A stretch of DNA of 64,000 nt. It comes from an uncultured Acidobacteriota bacterium (lineage in GTDB: Bacteria > Acidobacteriota > Terriglobia > UBA7540). Shown piece after piece: positions 20,689 to 29,422 of the stretch. Location of the stretch: contig CAWDSK010000005.1 of the NCBI GenBank assembly GCA_963804995.1, positions 704,001-768,000 on the forward strand. The letters run 5' to 3'. The notes under the pieces were generated by a model that made no database searches, had not been told where the DNA came from, and saw only the letters and a list, made by a program, of their open reading frames with translations. The stretch's first letter is position 1. Every line of letters starts with the position of its first letter. Position numbers and translations under genes: made by a program.

Positions 20689-20865
20689 ATGAGCATGGAG
20701 AAGAAGCAATGGGAGAGACCGGAACTCATCGTTCTGGCCCGAAGCAACCCAGAAGAAGTAGTGTTGACAAACTGTAAGGCGAATCCATATCCCACCGCCG
20801 GCAGTGGCAGATGTAAAACCAGTGGTAATGCTTGCACGTCGAACAGTGCTGTCGGCACGAGTTAG
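20689..20865 (+). CDS. Putative RiPP precursor peptide (58 aa)
   Basis: AAGGAG RBS; leader WERPELIVL resembles the (Y/W)xxPxL RRE motif; core with 3 Cys, rich in S/T/G/N; lies between rSAM and PqqD genes. Confidence 0.82.
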   Translation: MSMEKKQWERPELIVLARSNPEEVVLTNCKANPYPTAGSGRCKTSGNACTSNSAVGTS

Positions 20866-21008
20866 CCCTTGGTCCTCTGGGTTTTGGGCGCCCGAACGCC
20901 CCGCCCTTCTGACAAACCTCCCGCGAGTTGGAGGGTGCTGACCCACGTGCGGAATCATTATGTAACTTCCCAAGGGGGTATGCCAGCCAGAGCAGAGAAT
21001 TTTCGATT

Positions 21009-21347
21009 ATGACGCAACTTGGCCTTAACGCAGTTTGTGTCCCATCCCAGGATGTGGTGGCGCGCGTGATTGAAGGCGATCTGGTTATTGTGCCGCTGGT
21101 GGCCGGCATCGGTGCTGCCGACGACGAACTGTTCACCCTCAACGATACCGGGAAGGCGATCTGGGACCGGCTCGATGGAAAAAAGACCCTGAAGGACGTG
21201 GCGGCGGAATTGGCCGCGGAGTACGAGGCGCCGATCGAGAGCATCGAGAGTGACGTCCTGGGCCTGACCACAGAGCTTTTCGAGCGGAAAATGCTCGTCA
21301 AAGTTACTCCGGAGACAGCCAGTGAGCTCCCAAACCCAACCCCGTGA
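21009..21347 (+). CDS. PqqD family RiPP recognition element
   Basis: VVARVIEGDLVIVP...LFTLNDTGKAIWDRLDG...IESDV. Confidence 0.9.
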   Translation: MTQLGLNAVCVPSQDVVARVIEGDLVIVPLVAGIGAADDELFTLNDTGKAIWDRLDGKKTLKDVAAELAAEYEAPIESIESDVLGLTTELFERKMLVKVTPETASELPNPTP

Positions 21348-21813
21348 GCTTCCGCTTTCCGGTCCGGACCTGAAGGGGCTTTTGAGCGCCGTGTTGGCCA
21401 AGGGAGCGGCCTTCCGCTTCCGGGCCAAAGGCGCCAGCATGGCGCCCTTCATCAGGGATGGAGATGTGGTTACGGTCTCACCAGTTCCTGGCACGAACCT
21501 TCGCCCTGGCGACGTGGCGGCATTCACAAATCCCCAGACGGACCGCCTGGTCATCCACCGGATTGTGGGAACCGCGGATGGCTCTTTCCTCATCAAGGGG
21601 GACTCCGTCCGCGAGGGGGATGTTCTCGTTCCGGCCTGTCAGGTCCATGGTCGCGTGACCCGAGTCGAGCGCAAGGGGCGGAACTTGCGCCTTGGCCTCG
21701 GCTCGGAGCGTATTCTAATCGCTTTCCTCAGCCGAACTGGCCTGTTGCCCATACTGCTGGCGCCGGTTCGGGGGATCTACCGATTGATTGTTCCCAGGAA
21801 CCCCTCGGCATGA
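21322..21813 (+). CDS. S24/S26 family peptidase (candidate leader peptidase)
   Basis: GASMAPFIRDGD (catalytic Ser), VIHRI, IKGD. Confidence 0.8.
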   Translation: MSSQTQPRELPLSGPDLKGLLSAVLAKGAAFRFRAKGASMAPFIRDGDVVTVSPVPGTNLRPGDVAAFTNPQTDRLVIHRIVGTADGSFLIKGDSVREGDVLVPACQVHGRVTRVERKGRNLRLGLGSERILIAFLSRTGLLPILLAPVRGIYRLIVPRNPSA

Positions 21814-22961
21814 GCGAACCGAAGACGGCATCCATCCGCATCCAGGACTTCCCCCTCTGGGACAAACTCAAGGACCGGCGGGTGCCGCTCTCATTCGATC
21901 TGGAATTGACGGCGCGCTGCAATCTCGACTGCCGTCACTGTTACATCAATCTTCCCGCCGGTGACCGTGAGGTGCAGAAGCGGGAGCTATCCCTGGAGGA
22001 GATTGGCGCCATTGCCGACCAGGCGGTTTCTCTCGGCGCCATGTGGTGCTTGATAACCGGCGGCGAGCCCCTGCTGCGCAAGGACTTCACGGATATATAT
22101 CTGCTGCTGAAGCGGAAGGGGTTGCTGGTCTCAGTATTCACAAACGCCTGCCTGGTGACCGAAGAACACGTCAAACTCTTCCGCAAATACCCTCCGCGCG
22201 ACATCGAGGTCACCGTGTACGGCGCTAGTTCGGAGACGTACGAGCGGGTGACGAGGAGGCCGGGCTCCTTTGACGCCTTCCGGCGTGGCCTGAACCGGCT
22301 GCTGGATAGCGGCGTCAAGGTGCGGCTGAAGGCCATGGCCCTGCGGTCGAACTTGGTGGAATTGCCTGAGATTACCCATTTCTGCCGCGAGCGGACCAAG
22401 GACTTCTTCCGCTTCGACCCGTTGCTCCACCTGCGATTCGATGGCGACCCGCGGCGCAACGAAGAGATCCGTGCAGAACGCTTGACGCCGGGCGAGATCG
22501 TCGCTATCGAGCAGGCTGATGAGGAGCGGGCAGAGGCGTTGCGCAAGGGTTGCGACGAGCTGATCCAGCCGGAACTGAATCATGTGGGGTGCGACCACCT
22601 GTTCCATTGCGGCGCCGGAAACGGCAGCTTCACGGTGAGCTACGATGGGCATTTCCGCCTGTGTTCCGACCTGTGCCAGCCGGATTGCACTTATGACCTT
22701 CGCCAGGGCAGCCTGGCTGACGCCTGGCAGAACTTCGTCCCCAAGGTGCGCGACATGCGGTCAGCCAAGAAGGAGTTCCTCGAAACCTGCCGAGCGTGCC
22801 CAATCGTGAACCTCTGCATGTGGTGCCCAGCCCGCGCCCACCTGGAAAGCGGCAAGATGGACAGCTTCGTACCATACTTCTGTGAGGTGGCGCACGCCCG
22901 GGCCGCAGCCATCGGGGAGAGCGCCGGCCGTCCCTTGAAGCAAACTCCTGTAGTCCGATGA
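21810..22961 (+). CDS. Radical SAM/SPASM peptide maturase 2
   Basis: CNLDCRHC, TGGEPLL, CGAG, CRAC...CMWCP; paralogue of 19404 protein. Confidence 0.9.
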   Translation: MSEPKTASIRIQDFPLWDKLKDRRVPLSFDLELTARCNLDCRHCYINLPAGDREVQKRELSLEEIGAIADQAVSLGAMWCLITGGEPLLRKDFTDIYLLLKRKGLLVSVFTNACLVTEEHVKLFRKYPPRDIEVTVYGASSETYERVTRRPGSFDAFRRGLNRLLDSGVKVRLKAMALRSNLVELPEITHFCRERTKDFFRFDPLLHLRFDGDPRRNEEIRAERLTPGEIVAIEQADEERAEALRKGCDELIQPELNHVGCDHLFHCGAGNGSFTVSYDGHFRLCSDLCQPDCTYDLRQGSLADAWQNFVPKVRDMRSAKKEFLETCRACPIVNLCMWCPARAHLESGKMDSFVPYFCEVAHARAAAIGESAGRPLKQTPVVR

Positions 22962-23519
22962 CTACTTCCCATCTACACCTTCGACGAACACAATCAGGCG
23001 TTCTTCTTCATCAGCAACCGCGACACTGACCCACTCGCGCTGATGGCCTATCCCGATTTCACGCGCTTCAACTACACGACGCTGCCTTTGGAGAAGGTCC
23101 CCGGGAATCGCCAGGTGATTCTGGACATCGACTTCGACTTCTTCGCTTGCCGGGATTCGATTCAGAATCACATTGGCTATCAGTTGGAGGTGACCCAAGA
23201 CCAGTTTGCCGCCCGGGAGGCGCTCTTGCGCGATCCGACCCTCCGGTTCAGCGGGATGGCGTTCGATTTCACGGAAAAGGATGGCAGGCGCTTTGTTCAG
23301 GTATCACCCAAGAGGGGAAAGGACGTTTCCCATCTGCCCTCAAAACCGGAGATCGTCGCTGAGATCGGGACTCTGGTGAGCACGCTGGCGGCGAAGAAGG
23401 TCAGGCCGGGGGTCGTCACCCTATGCAGGTCCTGTGTAAGCGGGTATTGCCCCAGAGAATTCGCTGAGATGATTGAAGCCGAATTGAAACCACAACTGAA
23501 GCGTCTTCTTGAGGCGTAG
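22958..23519 (+). pseudogene. UPF0489-like protein, frameshifted near its start and apparently internally shortened
   Basis: ATG overlaps rSAM stop (ATGA); extra T at ~22967, then PIYTFDEHNQAFFF...ILDIDFDFF...TLCRS..SGYCP. Confidence 0.55.
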
Positions 23520-23817
23520 GGCATAAATATCCTGCCCATCCTCCGCCGCCGACCACCGAATTAGCCCCCTCTGGGAGGCGGTAACTCTGCACGTCCAGTT
23601 TGGCGCCAGGTGAGGAAGTCGGGCTCGGCCTCGCCAGCTCTCCTTCGCTAATTCTGCAGGCCCGCGACTTTTTGTCATTGTGGGACATGTCCCAGTTGTT
23701 GCGCTCCCAGGGGCCTAGCGACCCTTGTCCCACCAACTTCTCCACATTTCGCCCTTTGACGGTTCATTTGCGGTTTAGTCGCCTTAAGCCTCCGTCCCTC
23801 TCCGGTTCAAAGAACTT

Positions 23818-25641
23818 TTGAAGCAAACCCTCCAAATCCTGATACCCCGGCTGCGCAAGGCGCTGGCGCAACTGCCTTACCTTCCGCAGACCCTGTCACT
23901 GGTGTGGACTGCCGCGCGCGGCTGGACGGTCACGTGGGGCGTGCTGCTGCTGCTCCAGGGATTGCTGCCGGTGGCCACCGTCTACGTGACGCGCTGGCTG
24001 GTGAATAGCCTGGTGGCAGCGATTCGCGCCGGAGGCTCCTGGGAAGTTCTGCGGCCGACGCTGCTCATCGTTGCCCTCATGGCGGCCATCCAACTGGCCT
24101 TGCAGATTCTGCGCAGCGCCACGGTCTACGTCCGCACGGCCCAGTCGGAACTGGTCGAGGACCATATCCGCGCGCTGATCCATCGCAAGTCCGCTGCGGC
24201 GGATCTGGCCTTCTACGATTCGGCGGAATTCTACGACCACCTGCATCGGGCACGGAGTGACGCTTCCTATCGCCCCATAGCGCTGGTCGAAAGCCTGGGC
24301 AGCCTGGTGCAGAATGCGATCACGCTGGTGGCCATGGGCGCGGTGCTGATCCCCTTCGGGGCCTGGCTGCCCGGCGCGCTTCTGATCGGCACGGCGCCGG
24401 CGCTGTACGTGGTGGTGCGCTACGCGCTGCTCCAGAACCAGTGGCGGCGCAGGGTCACTCCGGTCGAACGCCGCGCCTGGTATTTCGATTGGCTGCTCAC
24501 CACCGGCGACACGGCCTCGGAGGTCAGGCTGTTCGGTCTGGGCGAGCATTTTCAATCCGCTTACCAAATCCTGCGCCAGCGCTTGCGTGGAGAGCGTCTG
24601 GATCTGGCGCGGAAACAGGTGCTGGCGGAGTTCGGTGCGGGCAGCTTGGGGCTAACAGTCACCGGCGGCGTCATGGCCTGGATGGTGTGGAGGGCGGTGC
24701 GTGGCCTCGCAACCTTGGGAGACTTGGCGATGTTCTACCAGGCCTTCCAACAGGGCCTGGGGCTGATGCGCGGTCTGCTGGAGAATCTTGGCCAGCTTTA
24801 TGGCAACCTGCTGTTCTTGGGAAACCTGTACGAGTTCCTGGGATTGGAACCGCGCGTCGTCAGTCCGCTCCGGCCTTCGCCCGCTCCCCCGGCGGTCGCA
24901 AGCAGTATCAGGCTCGAGCGCGTGCGATTCCGCTATCCCGGAAATGCGCGGCCGGTGCTGGAAGATTTTGATCTGGAAATTCCTGCCGGGCAAATCGTTG
25001 CGGTGGTGGGGCCGAATGGGGCAGGGAAGAGCACGCTGATTAAGCTGCTCTGCCGCTTCTACGACCCGGAGGCTGGCCGCGTGGCGCTTGACGGCGTCGA
25101 CCTTTGCGAATTCAAGATCGAGGAACTGCGCAGTCGCATCACTGTCCTCTTTCAGCAGCCGGTGCATTACAACGATACGGTGCGGGAAAACATCGCCTAT
25201 GGGGATTTGCACGCCCCTGCCGATTCTTTGGAAACAGCCGCGCAGGCCGCGGGCGCGGAGGAGATCATCGCGCGCCTGCCACAGGGTTATGACAGCACAC
25301 TGGGCCGGTGGTTCGCCGACGGCACGGAACTCAGCCTGGGTGAGTGGCAGCGCATCGCTTTGGCCCGCGCTTTCCTGCGGCGTGCGCCCATCCTGATCCT
25401 CGATGAGCCTACGAGCGCCATGGATCCTTGGGCGGAAGCGGATTGGCTGGCGCGGTTCCGGACGCTGGCAACCGGCCGCACGGTTCTGATGATCACGCAT
25501 CGCTTCTCCACGGCAATGTTTGCCGATGTGATTCATGTGATGAGCGAAGGCCGCATCGTGGAATCTGGAACGCATGAGCAGTTGCTCGAAGCAGGCGGCC
25601 GCTACGCACAGGGCTGGGCTACCCTGCGGGAGAGAGCATGA
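23818..25641 (+). CDS. ABC transporter, fused permease/ATPase (peptide exporter type)
   Basis: TM domain, GPNGAGKST, LSLGEWQRIALAR, ILDEPT, THR. Confidence 0.92.
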   Translation: MKQTLQILIPRLRKALAQLPYLPQTLSLVWTAARGWTVTWGVLLLLQGLLPVATVYVTRWLVNSLVAAIRAGGSWEVLRPTLLIVALMAAIQLALQILRSATVYVRTAQSELVEDHIRALIHRKSAAADLAFYDSAEFYDHLHRARSDASYRPIALVESLGSLVQNAITLVAMGAVLIPFGAWLPGALLIGTAPALYVVVRYALLQNQWRRRVTPVERRAWYFDWLLTTGDTASEVRLFGLGEHFQSAYQILRQRLRGERLDLARKQVLAEFGAGSLGLTVTGGVMAWMVWRAVRGLATLGDLAMFYQAFQQGLGLMRGLLENLGQLYGNLLFLGNLYEFLGLEPRVVSPLRPSPAPPAVASSIRLERVRFRYPGNARPVLEDFDLEIPAGQIVAVVGPNGAGKSTLIKLLCRFYDPEAGRVALDGVDLCEFKIEELRSRITVLFQQPVHYNDTVRENIAYGDLHAPADSLETAAQAAGAEEIIARLPQGYDSTLGRWFADGTELSLGEWQRIALARAFLRRAPILILDEPTSAMDPWAEADWLARFRTLATGRTVLMITHRFSTAMFADVIHVMSEGRIVESGTHEQLLEAGGRYAQGWATLRERA

Positions 25642-26148
25642 GATTTGCCAAGGAATTTCAGCTCCTGTTGCTCTGTGCGCATCTAAGGCCCCAAAAACTC
25701 CAAATACCCTATCGCGCTTAACCGCAGACAAGAGTTCTCTGAAGTGATATCGCAGTAGCCCCCCACTCCCTTTATCCTCGCAGCTCCTCCCACCACAACA
25801 TGATGGAGCACGTCTGCTCACCCGCTTGATGGAAGCAATAACGTCGAGCAGATTCGAGCAGCGTAGGTTTTCCCGCCCCAATCCTTCCGAGCAGTCCTAG
25901 TACTTCCCCTTTACAAATCTCCAGGTTGGCGCCATTCAGAAACGTCAGGCGAAGCGCCTCGCCGGGCGGCGCTTCTGACGGGTCTCTGAGCCGTATGCCC
26001 CAGCGAGAAAGATTTCGTTATAATCGCATCTGAATAATGATCCTCTGCTATTGACCCGATCACCCAGAAGTGTGATCGCTGGCCACTCAGTCGCATATGT
26101 CGGTAGGGTTGGTTCAGGTAAACAGCCCACCTCAAAAGCTGAGGAATT

Positions 26149-26484
26149 TTAGGGTTTGGACTCGCTCGTATTCGTCAATGCAGAATTGCGGGGTGAGTCA
26201 AGGGAGTCGAAGAGGACTGAAGCCAAATGATCTGGAATCCTCTTGTAGCCCTCTTTTCTTACCCATCGGTCCAACCTTGCAATAAAGGCATACCTCCGCA
26301 ACTCTCTTTCTTCTACACCTAAAGCCCGTGCCAATGCTCTACAGATTTGTCGGGTTGGGGGATCTGTTTTCTCCTTCTCCAGTTGGCTTATGTAGGCACT
26401 AGTAAGACGGCATTTTTGGGCTAGCTCGCTTTGAGTTAATTCCGCGTGCAGTCTGAGGTCCTTTAGGTGGGGGCCGAATCTCAT
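26149..26484 (-). CDS. XRE-family HTH repressor
   Basis: LKDLRLHAELTQSELAQKCRLTSAYISQLE; divergent from recombination operon. Confidence 0.85.
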   Translation of the reverse strand: MRFGPHLKDLRLHAELTQSELAQKCRLTSAYISQLEKEKTDPPTRQICRALARALGVEERELRRYAFIARLDRWVRKEGYKRIPDHLASVLFDSLDSPRNSALTNTSESKP

Positions 26485-26519
26485 TGCACGCCGATAGTAC
26501 CACAATTGCAAAAAAGCTC

Positions 26520-26572
26520 TTGACAAGATGGGGGCGGCAATCTAGAATAAAGAAAGTAACTTACTTTCTTTA
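26520..26572 (+). promoter_or_regulatory. Sigma70 promoter with an overlapping perfect palindromic operator
   Basis: TTGACA(26520)-17 bp-TAGAAT(26543); TAAAGAAAGTAA-C-TTACTTTCTTTA at 26548-26572. Confidence 0.8.
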
Positions 26573-26587
26573 GTGAGGCGGGTACAG

Positions 26588-27142
26588 ATGTTGAGTGCCG
26601 AAAGGTTGAAACAAGCCGACAAGCTGCCGGACAGCAGTGGTGCCACAAATCCGTGCTATGTCACCCACGGAGATCTACTGGGCCTTGCCACAGAAAACCA
26701 CTGTCAAGGGATAGTGACTGAGCCAGTGCTTCCGCTGTGCCGGCCGGAAAAGAACTTCTGGGTTTTTAAAGCCACGGTTTACAAATCCTCCAAATGCCGC
26801 GGCTTTGTTGGTTACGGCGATGCTCATCCTGGCAATGTCTCTCCTTTGATTTTCAACAATGCCGAGATGCGCATGGCGGAAACGCGCGCCGTCAATCGTG
26901 CCTTGCGCAAGGCCTACGGCATTGGTCTCTGCTCGCTCGAGGAGCTTCCGCCTTGGCGTATGAGCACCGAGCAAGTCTCCGCGTTGCGCCGGACGCTGCA
27001 AATGCGCCCGGCGTTCCAGAAAGGAGCCCAGCATGCGCACCAAAATCCAAGGCCTCAGCCAGGCAACGGAACGAAGCCCTCTGGTCGAAGGCCTGTATCG
27101 AGCCCGAGTGGTTCACTTCGAGCTCCCCGGGCACGCCGCTAA
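26588..27142 (+). CDS. Phage-like protein, candidate Rad52/Sak-type single-strand annealing protein
   Basis: YVTH..LL, FKATVY...GYGDA, MAETRAVNRALRKAYGIG resembles the Rad52-like AxTxAxKRA...GIG segment; context. Confidence 0.5.
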   Translation: MLSAERLKQADKLPDSSGATNPCYVTHGDLLGLATENHCQGIVTEPVLPLCRPEKNFWVFKATVYKSSKCRGFVGYGDAHPGNVSPLIFNNAEMRMAETRAVNRALRKAYGIGLCSLEELPPWRMSTEQVSALRRTLQMRPAFQKGAQHAHQNPRPQPGNGTKPSGRRPVSSPSGSLRAPRARR

Positions 27143-27470
27143 GCCTTGTCGGAGAGTGACGTTCTTGATTCTTGACCCTCCCCAGTATGCCGGCCGCTAC
27201 GTGCGCACGCGGCTCTACTGCCATGAGCGCGCCCTTTGGAAGCTCCGTTGGTTCTTGAATGACTTCAACTACGACGCCGACCTCCTGGCCGCCGACGAGT
27301 TAGACGACCGCCGCGTGGTGGGTCTGGAAGGGGTCATTCGCGTTGCCTATTGGGGAAACGACGGTCACCGCCGTTTGGATGTCGAGGGCTTCGCTCCCAG
27401 CGAGCGTTGGGCCGATCTTTCCGTTCATCAACCATCCTGTGAAAGCCTCGCGGAGGCTGCTCAGGCTTAG
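27033..27470 (+). CDS. DUF669/SSB-like phage protein
   Basis: LVEGLYRARVV, GRYV, ALWKLRWFL pattern; sits between annealing-like and nuclease genes. Confidence 0.5.
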   Translation: MRTKIQGLSQATERSPLVEGLYRARVVHFELPGHAAKPCRRVTFLILDPPQYAGRYVRTRLYCHERALWKLRWFLNDFNYDADLLAADELDDRRVVGLEGVIRVAYWGNDGHRRLDVEGFAPSERWADLSVHQPSCESLAEAAQA

Positions 27471-27505
27471 ACTTCGGGATAGAACTATCTTGAAAGGAGG
27501 GGATC

Positions 27506-28294
27506 ATGGATCATTACAGTTACACGCAACTTTCCACCTATCTGCAGTGCCCGCTGAAGTACAAGTATCACTACCTGGAAGGCTGGCAGGAAACGGAAGA
27601 CAAAGCCAGTCTCGTCTTCGGCCGAGTGTTTCAAAGCGCCGTCGAAGCCCAATTCCTGCTGCCTGACTCCGTGCGGTTCTTCACCGAGCGCTGGACGGGA
27701 GTCAAGGAAATGCCGCTTGAGTTTACCAACGGTGATAGTTGGGAGAAGATGCTCGAGCAGGGCCAGTCGCTCCTGGAACAGTTCCGCCAGGACAAGCGGG
27801 TCCTAATTGAGGACGGCCGAACGGATTTTCAGGTCAAGTTCCGCCGTCCCCTGCCGCTCAGCCAGAAGCATTTCCTGGCCTATGTGGATGCCATCGGGTA
27901 TGTCGATGGGCGCCACAGCCTGATTGAGTGGAAGACCACTACGCAATCCTACCCGGAGAACCTGGGCCGAGTTTTAGAACTCGATCCCCAGTTGGTCTGC
28001 TACTCTTGGGCGGCGGAGAAGCAGGAGGTGTGTCTCGTAAACTTCGTACGGAAGAAGTTGCCGGAGATCCAGTACCTGCGGGCGCGCATCCGCAAGCGCC
28101 AGTGGAAGGCCTTTGAACAGACCCTGGACCTGCTGGCGAGCGAGATGGAAGCCGGGCACTTCTACCCCCGTTCGGGGATTCGTTATCCCAACAACCAGTG
28201 TTTGAACTGTGCCTATTTGGGGCTGTGCCTGAGGAAGAAGGCCCTGGTGGAAGAGAAGCTGGTCAAGGTGGAGGAGTTGGCGGTCCATGGATAA
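27506..28294 (+). CDS. PD-(D/E)XK nuclease, RecB/AddB/Cas4-like, with Fe-S cysteines
   Basis: SYTQL..Y.QCP, VDAI, IEWKT, QLVCY, CLNC...C; AAAGGAGG RBS. Confidence 0.85.
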   Translation: MDHYSYTQLSTYLQCPLKYKYHYLEGWQETEDKASLVFGRVFQSAVEAQFLLPDSVRFFTERWTGVKEMPLEFTNGDSWEKMLEQGQSLLEQFRQDKRVLIEDGRTDFQVKFRRPLPLSQKHFLAYVDAIGYVDGRHSLIEWKTTTQSYPENLGRVLELDPQLVCYSWAAEKQEVCLVNFVRKKLPEIQYLRARIRKRQWKAFEQTLDLLASEMEAGHFYPRSGIRYPNNQCLNCAYLGLCLRKKALVEEKLVKVEELAVHG

Positions 28295-28985
28295 GGCGCG
28301 GGCACAACAGGTTCTGGCCCGGATCGATGAGATCCTGCGTTGGGAGCAGCGGACGGACCAGCAAAAGGACCAGAAGTTTGCCGAGCTGGGAAAGCACCTG
28401 TGCGTGGTGAGGAAGCACGGGTACTGGCGGCTGCGGCACAAAAGCTTTGAGGCTTACCTGGAGGAGAAGTTTCCGGACTCGCGGCGGAAGGCGTATTACC
28501 TCATGTCGATTCATGACCACCTGCCGCAAATCCCGGCGCCGGAGATCGAGGAACTAGGCTGGTCAAAGGCGTTGGAACTGGCAAAAGTGGCCAGAAGTGA
28601 AGGTCGACGATTTGACAGTGCAACCTGGTTGCACAGGGCGCAGGAGTCGACGAAGCAGGAGTTGAAGGAAGCGGTTCACAAGTACTTCACGGGGGAAGAC
28701 TACGAGCCTTACGAGATGGTTTACTTCAAGCTGTTTGAGAGCCAGTTGCCGGTGGTGGAAAGGGCCCTGTACGTGGCCTCGCGGATGGTGGGGACGGAGC
28801 GGTCGCGGGGTTACTGCCTGGAACTGGTGTGCGCGGATTTTCTGGCAGGTAGGGGGGAGGAGTCGTCGCCGGACGAGATCTTGATGGTGATCCACCGCCT
28901 TGTGCATCTGCTGCCGCGCGAGTACCAGACACGGCTTGTCGGCCAGAATGGGGGCAGGGAATTGGAGACAGCCGGCAAATGCTGA
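28287..28985 (+). CDS. Conserved hypothetical protein ('gene X'); 3' part repeated downstream
   Basis: Coupled to neighbours by overlaps; C-terminal ...RGYCLELVCADFLAG recurs at ~34.7, 36.0 and 46.1 kb. Confidence 0.75.
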   Translation: MDKARAQQVLARIDEILRWEQRTDQQKDQKFAELGKHLCVVRKHGYWRLRHKSFEAYLEEKFPDSRRKAYYLMSIHDHLPQIPAPEIEELGWSKALELAKVARSEGRRFDSATWLHRAQESTKQELKEAVHKYFTGEDYEPYEMVYFKLFESQLPVVERALYVASRMVGTERSRGYCLELVCADFLAGRGEESSPDEILMVIHRLVHLLPREYQTRLVGQNGGRELETAGKC

Positions 28986-29254
28986 AGAGAGTGAAGCGGA
29001 TCAAGCTGGGGAGCCAAATCTACCGGCGTTTGATGAAGCGGGTGCTGGAGCGGGACGAATGGCGATGTCAGAAGTGCGGGTCGCTTGAGAATCTCCAGGT
29101 CCACCACAAGATCAAAAGGAGCCAAATGGGCAACGACTCGCTTGAGAATTTGGTGACGCTGTGTGCCCGCTGCCACATGGCCGAGCACGGGCAGCTTTTC
29201 TATACGGTTCAGGCGATCAGGGTATGTGCCAAGCCAAAAGCGAGGAAGAAGTAA
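28979..29254 (+). CDS. Small HNH endonuclease (master copy)
   Basis: RDEWRCQKCG...VHH...NLVTLCARCH...H. Confidence 0.9.
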   Translation: MLKRVKRIKLGSQIYRRLMKRVLERDEWRCQKCGSLENLQVHHKIKRSQMGNDSLENLVTLCARCHMAEHGQLFYTVQAIRVCAKPKARKK

Positions 29255-29422
29255 TGTCCCAGGCCATGGCGATTTCGGGCTTTGGCAATTCGGAATTGGT
29301 GTCGGACATAGGAAGATAAATCTCTGAAGTAATAGTGGGCAAAATCCTCGGCCAGCTCAGCATGGCCGATTCAGCGTGGAACTTCCCGTTTCCTATGTGA
29401 AAGACCGATGTATAATGGCGCC

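Noticed and set aside
19404..22961. PQQ biosynthesis
   Set aside because: No pqqB/pqqC, and the peptide lacks the PqqA ExxxY core.
25645..26148. Short ORFs or att site left of the XRE gene
   Set aside because: No recognisable protein motif and no direct repeat matching the right border.
27506..28294. Cas4 as part of a CRISPR-Cas system
   Set aside because: No cas1/cas2 or array in the window; context is phage-like recombination.
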